Shown here: positions 37,093 to 39,920 of the stretch, one piece after another | Layout of the letters: each line of letters begins with the position of its first letter | Position numbering within the stretch: position 1 is the stretch's first letter | IMG/VR virus record: IMGVR_UViG_3300037601_000117 | Span: 1 to 39,920 of that record | From: a virus | Lineage: Duplodnaviria > Caudoviricetes | Direction: 5' to 3' (one strand) | Length of the DNA stretch: 39,920 bases | Position numbers and translations under genes: made by a program | The notes under the pieces: model-generated | Seen by the model: the letters and a program-made list of their open reading frames with translations, nothing else | Database searches by the model: none | What the model was told of the DNA's origin: nothing

Positions 37093-37427
37093 CTGTGACG
37101 GAACTTCAATGGATCGTCGGCCTTTCGGTCACGGTGGTTATCGCGATCGCCACGATCGCCATAGGAGCTTTCCGTGCCATGGCAGCCAGGCTTGACCGCG
37201 TCGCCGAAAAACTCGGCTCCGAAATCAAGGACGGCGACAAGGAGCTTGCCCGGGCCATCAAGGATGGCGACGATCAACTTCACAATCGCCTGAACCGGGT
37301 TCGCGAGGACTATGTGCCGCGCCGCGAGCTCGACGATCACATGAACCGAATTGACAAGACCCTCGATGAAATCAAGGGCTCTCAGAAGAGCATTATTGAT
37401 TTGCTGACCAGCCGGTCGGCCTCCTGA
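37089..37427 (+). CDS. Single-TM coiled-coil membrane protein, possible holin
   Basis: N-terminal TM followed by a coiled coil with a duplicated IKDGD; last gene of the lysis block. Confidence 0.6.
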   Translation: MTVTELQWIVGLSVTVVIAIATIAIGAFRAMAARLDRVAEKLGSEIKDGDKELARAIKDGDDQLHNRLNRVREDYVPRRELDDHMNRIDKTLDEIKGSQKSIIDLLTSRSAS

Positions 37428-37494
37428 TCCCGCATCCCCGCGGGATACCCCGCCACCGCTCGAAGCGAATTTGCCGATCGGTGGCTTCGCAGTC

Positions 37495-37536
37495 AGGCCC
37501 CGCGTCCTTCCCCGGGCGTGGGGCTTTTCTGTTTTT
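37495..37536 (+). terminator. Intrinsic terminator ending the late operon
   Basis: GGCCCCGCGTCC/GGGCGTGGGGCT stem followed by TTTCTGTTTTT. Confidence 0.75.
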
Positions 37537-37560
37537 GCGGGATGGGCTATCGCACCCGGC

Positions 37561-37812
37561 ATGGTCGACAAGGCAATCACGCTCAAGACATTCGGGGATC
37601 TGATCAGGCACGGATTCAGGCTGACAGGCTTTTGCCGGCGTTGCGGCGTTCACAAGGACATCGACCTGAGTGCAGTGCCGCCCGAGCGGGTTTATGTCGG
37701 TGCGCGGTTTAAGTGCCGCGGATGCGCGGGCAAGGTCGATATCACGCTAAGCCCGCTCTTGACCGGCGGCGGTGCGGTTTCGCCGGCGCTGGATCGTTGG
37801 CGGGGCAGGTGA
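37561..37812 (+). CDS. Small zinc-ribbon protein
   Basis: MVDKAITL...CRRC...CRGC, 83 aa. Confidence 0.6.
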   Translation: MVDKAITLKTFGDLIRHGFRLTGFCRRCGVHKDIDLSAVPPERVYVGARFKCRGCAGKVDITLSPLLTGGGAVSPALDRWRGR

Positions 37813-37833
37813 CGGGCTGTCCCGGGGTGGCGG

Positions 37834-38082
37834 TTATGTTGCCTTCTTGTTTGGGCGGGTCAACCGCTCATTGCCACAGACCTCCAAATCTTCTGCCGGG
37901 AGCCACACGGCTTGCGTCTCTGCATAGCGCGGGTCATTTCGCGACATGTGGTATATGGACTGTCCAGCGTAAGGCCCGTGTTCCATTTCTCCGGAATAGT
38001 CCCACTCGGCTTCATAGCCAATCAGGCTGACCATGTGTGGCCTGAGTGTCGTCAGATTTTTTGGGTTGAATACCGCTCGCAT
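37834..38082 (-). CDS. Hypothetical protein (cassette-array gene)
   Basis: 82 aa, GGAGG RBS. Confidence 0.7.
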   Translation of the reverse strand: MRAVFNPKNLTTLRPHMVSLIGYEAEWDYSGEMEHGPYAGQSIYHMSRNDPRYAETQAVWLPAEDLEVCGNERLTRPNKKAT

Positions 38083-38103
38083 GGCCTTGCCTCCAATCTG
38101 GAT

Positions 38104-38313
38104 TCAAAAACTGCCTGCTTCTTTTCGCATCGCATCCAGCTCTAGCGTCAGCACATTGACGCGAGCCAAGGCCACCATATCGATCGAGTACACCCGCTTA
38201 GCTGTCCGGGTACCGTGAACCTCAACAACGATGCCTTCGGGGGATAGGCGAGATGTCACCTCGTGGTGGTCCTTGATCTGCTGGCACAACTCTTTCAATC
38301 TTTCCTCGATCAT
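38104..38313 (-). CDS. Hypothetical protein (cassette-array gene)
   Basis: 69 aa, AGGAGG RBS within the junction repeat. Confidence 0.7.
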   Translation of the reverse strand: MIEERLKELCQQIKDHHEVTSRLSPEGIVVEVHGTRTAKRVYSIDMVALARVNVLTLELDAMRKEAGSF

Positions 38314-38322
38314 GCTCGCCTC

Positions 38323-38532
38323 CTAGTTGGACCTGCGCATAAGCGGAACGCGATGCCGCTTGCAGGTGGGTTTGTCTTGCTCTCTTTCTGTTGCCGCGTA
38401 CCAGCACCCGGTGAAGTCCTCGACTGGTGCGCGCTCGTCATCTGTCAGAAACGCGCCACACATTTCACACCGGGCCAGACCATCGGCGGCATCCAGAAGG
38501 ATGTCGAGATCTTCGCGACGGACATACGGCAT
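38323..38532 (-). CDS. Small Cys-containing protein (cassette-array gene)
   Basis: 69 aa with CEMC, AAGGAG RBS, ends RRSN*. Confidence 0.7.
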   Translation of the reverse strand: MPYVRREDLDILLDAADGLARCEMCGAFLTDDERAPVEDFTGCWYAATEREQDKPTCKRHRVPLMRRSN

Positions 38533-38541
38533 GGGCGCTCC

Positions 38542-38742
38542 TTAGTTGGACTTGCGGCCAGCCAGAACGTGCTTTGCGTACTCCTGGTGCTGATCGTCTT
38601 TGTAAAAGGTCGTTGATAGCGTCGTTAGGCCAGACCGCAGCCGCTCGATTTCTTTCTGCGCACCGGCAGGAACGGACTGCCAAACGCCGTTCGCGTCTTT
38701 GGCTTCCATACTGCCGCCGGGGGTCGTGCGGATGTTGGACAT
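38542..38742 (-). CDS. Hypothetical protein (cassette-array gene)
   Basis: MSNIRTTPGG..., 66 aa, AAGGAG RBS, ends RKSN*. Confidence 0.65.
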   Translation of the reverse strand: MSNIRTTPGGSMEAKDANGVWQSVPAGAQKEIERLRSGLTTLSTTFYKDDQHQEYAKHVLAGRKSN

Positions 38743-38755
38743 GCTGCCGCTCCTT

Positions 38756-39178
38756 TCAGGACTTCCGTTTCTTCGCCCGGTGACGGCTGACCTGCAGCGC
38801 GTTCCGGGCGCGGTCAAAATCTTCGGCCAATCCGGTCACGTCATCGCCCGGTCTGATCTCGCGCATGCCTTCATGGATGATCAGCATGACGTCTTTCTTT
38901 CCCAGCTCTTCTGCGAACCATGCCGCATCCGTGCCCGAAACCCCAAGGCACATAAGGGTTGCGACGTGCACCTGGTCGCCGGATCGAGCGGCTGACAGCA
39001 ACAGGTTTCGTTCGATCAGCGCGCTGCGCGGGCGCGTCGGCCTGGGCGGCGGCTTGTCCTGCCAGCACGTACCGATTTTGTCGAGCTTGACGCCCGCATA
39101 GTGCATCACACGGCGTTGCGCTTCGCGCTCCGGACGGCCCGGGCCGATCAGCACATATCCCCAATCCACGTTCTTCAT
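38756..39178 (-). CDS. Degenerate serine-resolvase-fold protein (no catalytic Ser, no HTH)
   Basis: GY....G, Q, R..LL...R.GD.V.V..L..LG pattern and helix E follow the resolvase catalytic domain, but YxRVS reads YVLIG and DRL reads MCL. Confidence 0.65.
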   Translation of the reverse strand: MKNVDWGYVLIGPGRPEREAQRRVMHYAGVKLDKIGTCWQDKPPPRPTRPRSALIERNLLLSAARSGDQVHVATLMCLGVSGTDAAWFAEELGKKDVMLIIHEGMREIRPGDDVTGLAEDFDRARNALQVSRHRAKKRKS

Positions 39179-39272
39179 GTGGATTTTCTATACACATTCT
39201 TGCAGGCTTGTCTTGCTCCAACATTCTTATCAATGTATGTTATTTGTACAGAATATGTCCAGTAGGTAGCCA

Positions 39273-39497
39273 ATGAAAACGATGACGCTCAACCTCAAAA
39301 ATGAGGAAATGCAGGTGCTGGAAGACCTTTCCGGCGCACAGGATTTATCGAAAACAGCCGTCATCCGTCAGGCGCTTCGCCTGTATCAGATGGTTCACAG
39401 GCGCATGCAGGACGGCGAAACAATGCATTTCAGCGGCGATCCTGAACGGGCGCTGCAATTCATAGGGCCGGGCTTTTCTTCCGGCCCATCCAAATAG
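39273..39497 (+). CDS. CopG/ribbon-helix-helix DNA-binding protein
   Basis: MTLNL...EMQVLEDLS...DLSKTAVIRQALRLY RHH pattern. Confidence 0.75.
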   Translation: MKTMTLNLKNEEMQVLEDLSGAQDLSKTAVIRQALRLYQMVHRRMQDGETMHFSGDPERALQFIGPGFSSGPSK

Positions 39498-39510
39498 CCC
39501 GGAGGCCAGC

Positions 39511-39711
39511 GTGAAGTCAGACCTAATCGATATTTCTGTGCAATTCCAGCACCAGACAGACGCCGCCGTTTGCGTTCGAGCAGTCGAGGATGGCCCAGAC
39601 ATCTGGATACCGAAATCGCAATGCGAGATCCTGCAAACTGCCCCTCGTCGCGGGCACTACATCCTGCTGACGACAGATGAAGCGACCGCGACCGACAAGG
39701 GTCTGGTATAA
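39511..39711 (+). CDS. Hypothetical phage protein (cassette-array gene)
   Basis: 66 aa, GGAGG RBS, WIPKSQ motif. Confidence 0.7.
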   Translation: MKSDLIDISVQFQHQTDAAVCVRAVEDGPDIWIPKSQCEILQTAPRRGHYILLTTDEATATDKGLV

Positions 39712-39734
39712 GTCCAACTAGCCCGGAGGCTGAT

Positions 39735-39920
39735 ATGCCCGATGATCTGACCAGCTTTGATGCCTGCGAATGCCCCCGGTGCGGCATCGCGACCAAGCCG
39801 CGCAAAACAAACAAGGATGGTTCGGTGCGGTATCGCCACAGTTGTGGGGATGGTGTCCGATACTCCTGGTCAATCGACCGCGACGGCGACATCTGCCGCG
39901 AAATTCAAACGTCCAACTAG
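39735..39920 (+). CDS. Small zinc-binding protein (cassette-array gene)
   Basis: 61 aa with CPRC...HSC, GGAGG RBS, ends TSN* in the junction repeat. Confidence 0.7.
   Translation: MPDDLTSFDACECPRCGIATKPRKTNKDGSVRYRHSCGDGVRYSWSIDRDGDICREIQTSN

Larger units (their letters stand above)
1..39920. mobile_element. Temperate siphovirus prophage, near complete
   Basis: Ordered set of integration, immunity, replication, packaging, head, tail and lysis modules. Confidence 0.95.
38092..39920. repeat. Gene-junction repeat GTCCAACTA(G/A) plus RBS
   Basis: Minus strand copies at 38323-38332 and 38542-38551, with degenerate copies near 38090-38103 and 38750-38764. Plus strand copies at 39489-39506, 39712-39730 and 39911-39920. 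Confidence 0.8.

Noticed and set aside
46-37586. Many long antisense or alternate-frame ORFs in the track (e.g. 9239-10540, 20219-21409, 23712-25343)
   Set aside because: These are shadow ORFs caused by high GC and codon bias; they lie opposite well-supported genes and show no motifs.
39273-39711. RHH gene plus downstream gene as a type II toxin-antitoxin pair
   Set aside because: The 66-aa downstream protein shows no recognisable RelE/ParE/PIN/MazF features and sits within the junction-repeat array like the other cassettes.
38323-39920. GTCCAAC matches the integron inverse core RYYYAAC, suggesting attC sites
   Set aside because: No downstream GTTRRRY partner or attC hairpin follows, the next ORF starts within about 20 nt, and no IntI-type gene is adjacent. 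It is not a classical integron, so it was kept only as a novel-repeat finding.
38092-39920. Possible CRISPR array
   Set aside because: Repeats are only 10-18 bp, are separated by whole ORFs of about 200 bp, and there are no cas genes.
1-39920. attL/attR core repeats and tRNA genes
   Set aside because: The window begins and ends at stop codons with no flanking host DNA, and no terminal direct repeat or tRNA cloverleaf was recognised by eye.

Overview
The window is an essentially complete ~40 kb temperate (lambdoid-type) siphophage or prophage. The host is probably an alphaproteobacterium (Rhizobiales-like), judged from the GC-rich sequence and a GapR/DUF2312 gene. From left to right it holds: a tyrosine integrase and leftward early genes, including a Gp37/Gp68 (DUF5131) protein; a lambda-like immunity region with cI and cro, five 15-bp operators, PL/PR and two genes in the rexAB position; and a rightward early operon (cII-like HTH, GapR, ParB-like, DnaA-domain-IV protein, ParB-MT-A70 methylase, C5 methylase, replication initiator with iterons, NusG paralog). 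These are followed by a structured late leader, a lambda-like cos, terminase, portal, protease with nested scaffold and a Mu gpT-type capsid. The tail genes include a -1 frameshift chaperone, a GNAT gene inside the tail-tip block and an endosialidase-like spike, followed by a GH19 endolysin and spanins. The most unusual region is the right end (37.8-39.9 kb): two divergent arrays of tiny ORFs joined by a repeated GTCCAACTA(G/A)-RBS junction motif, centred on a degenerate serine-resolvase gene and an AT-rich res-like spacer. All family calls come from motif recognition by eye; no database searches were run. att sites are not visible because the window starts at the integrase stop codon.
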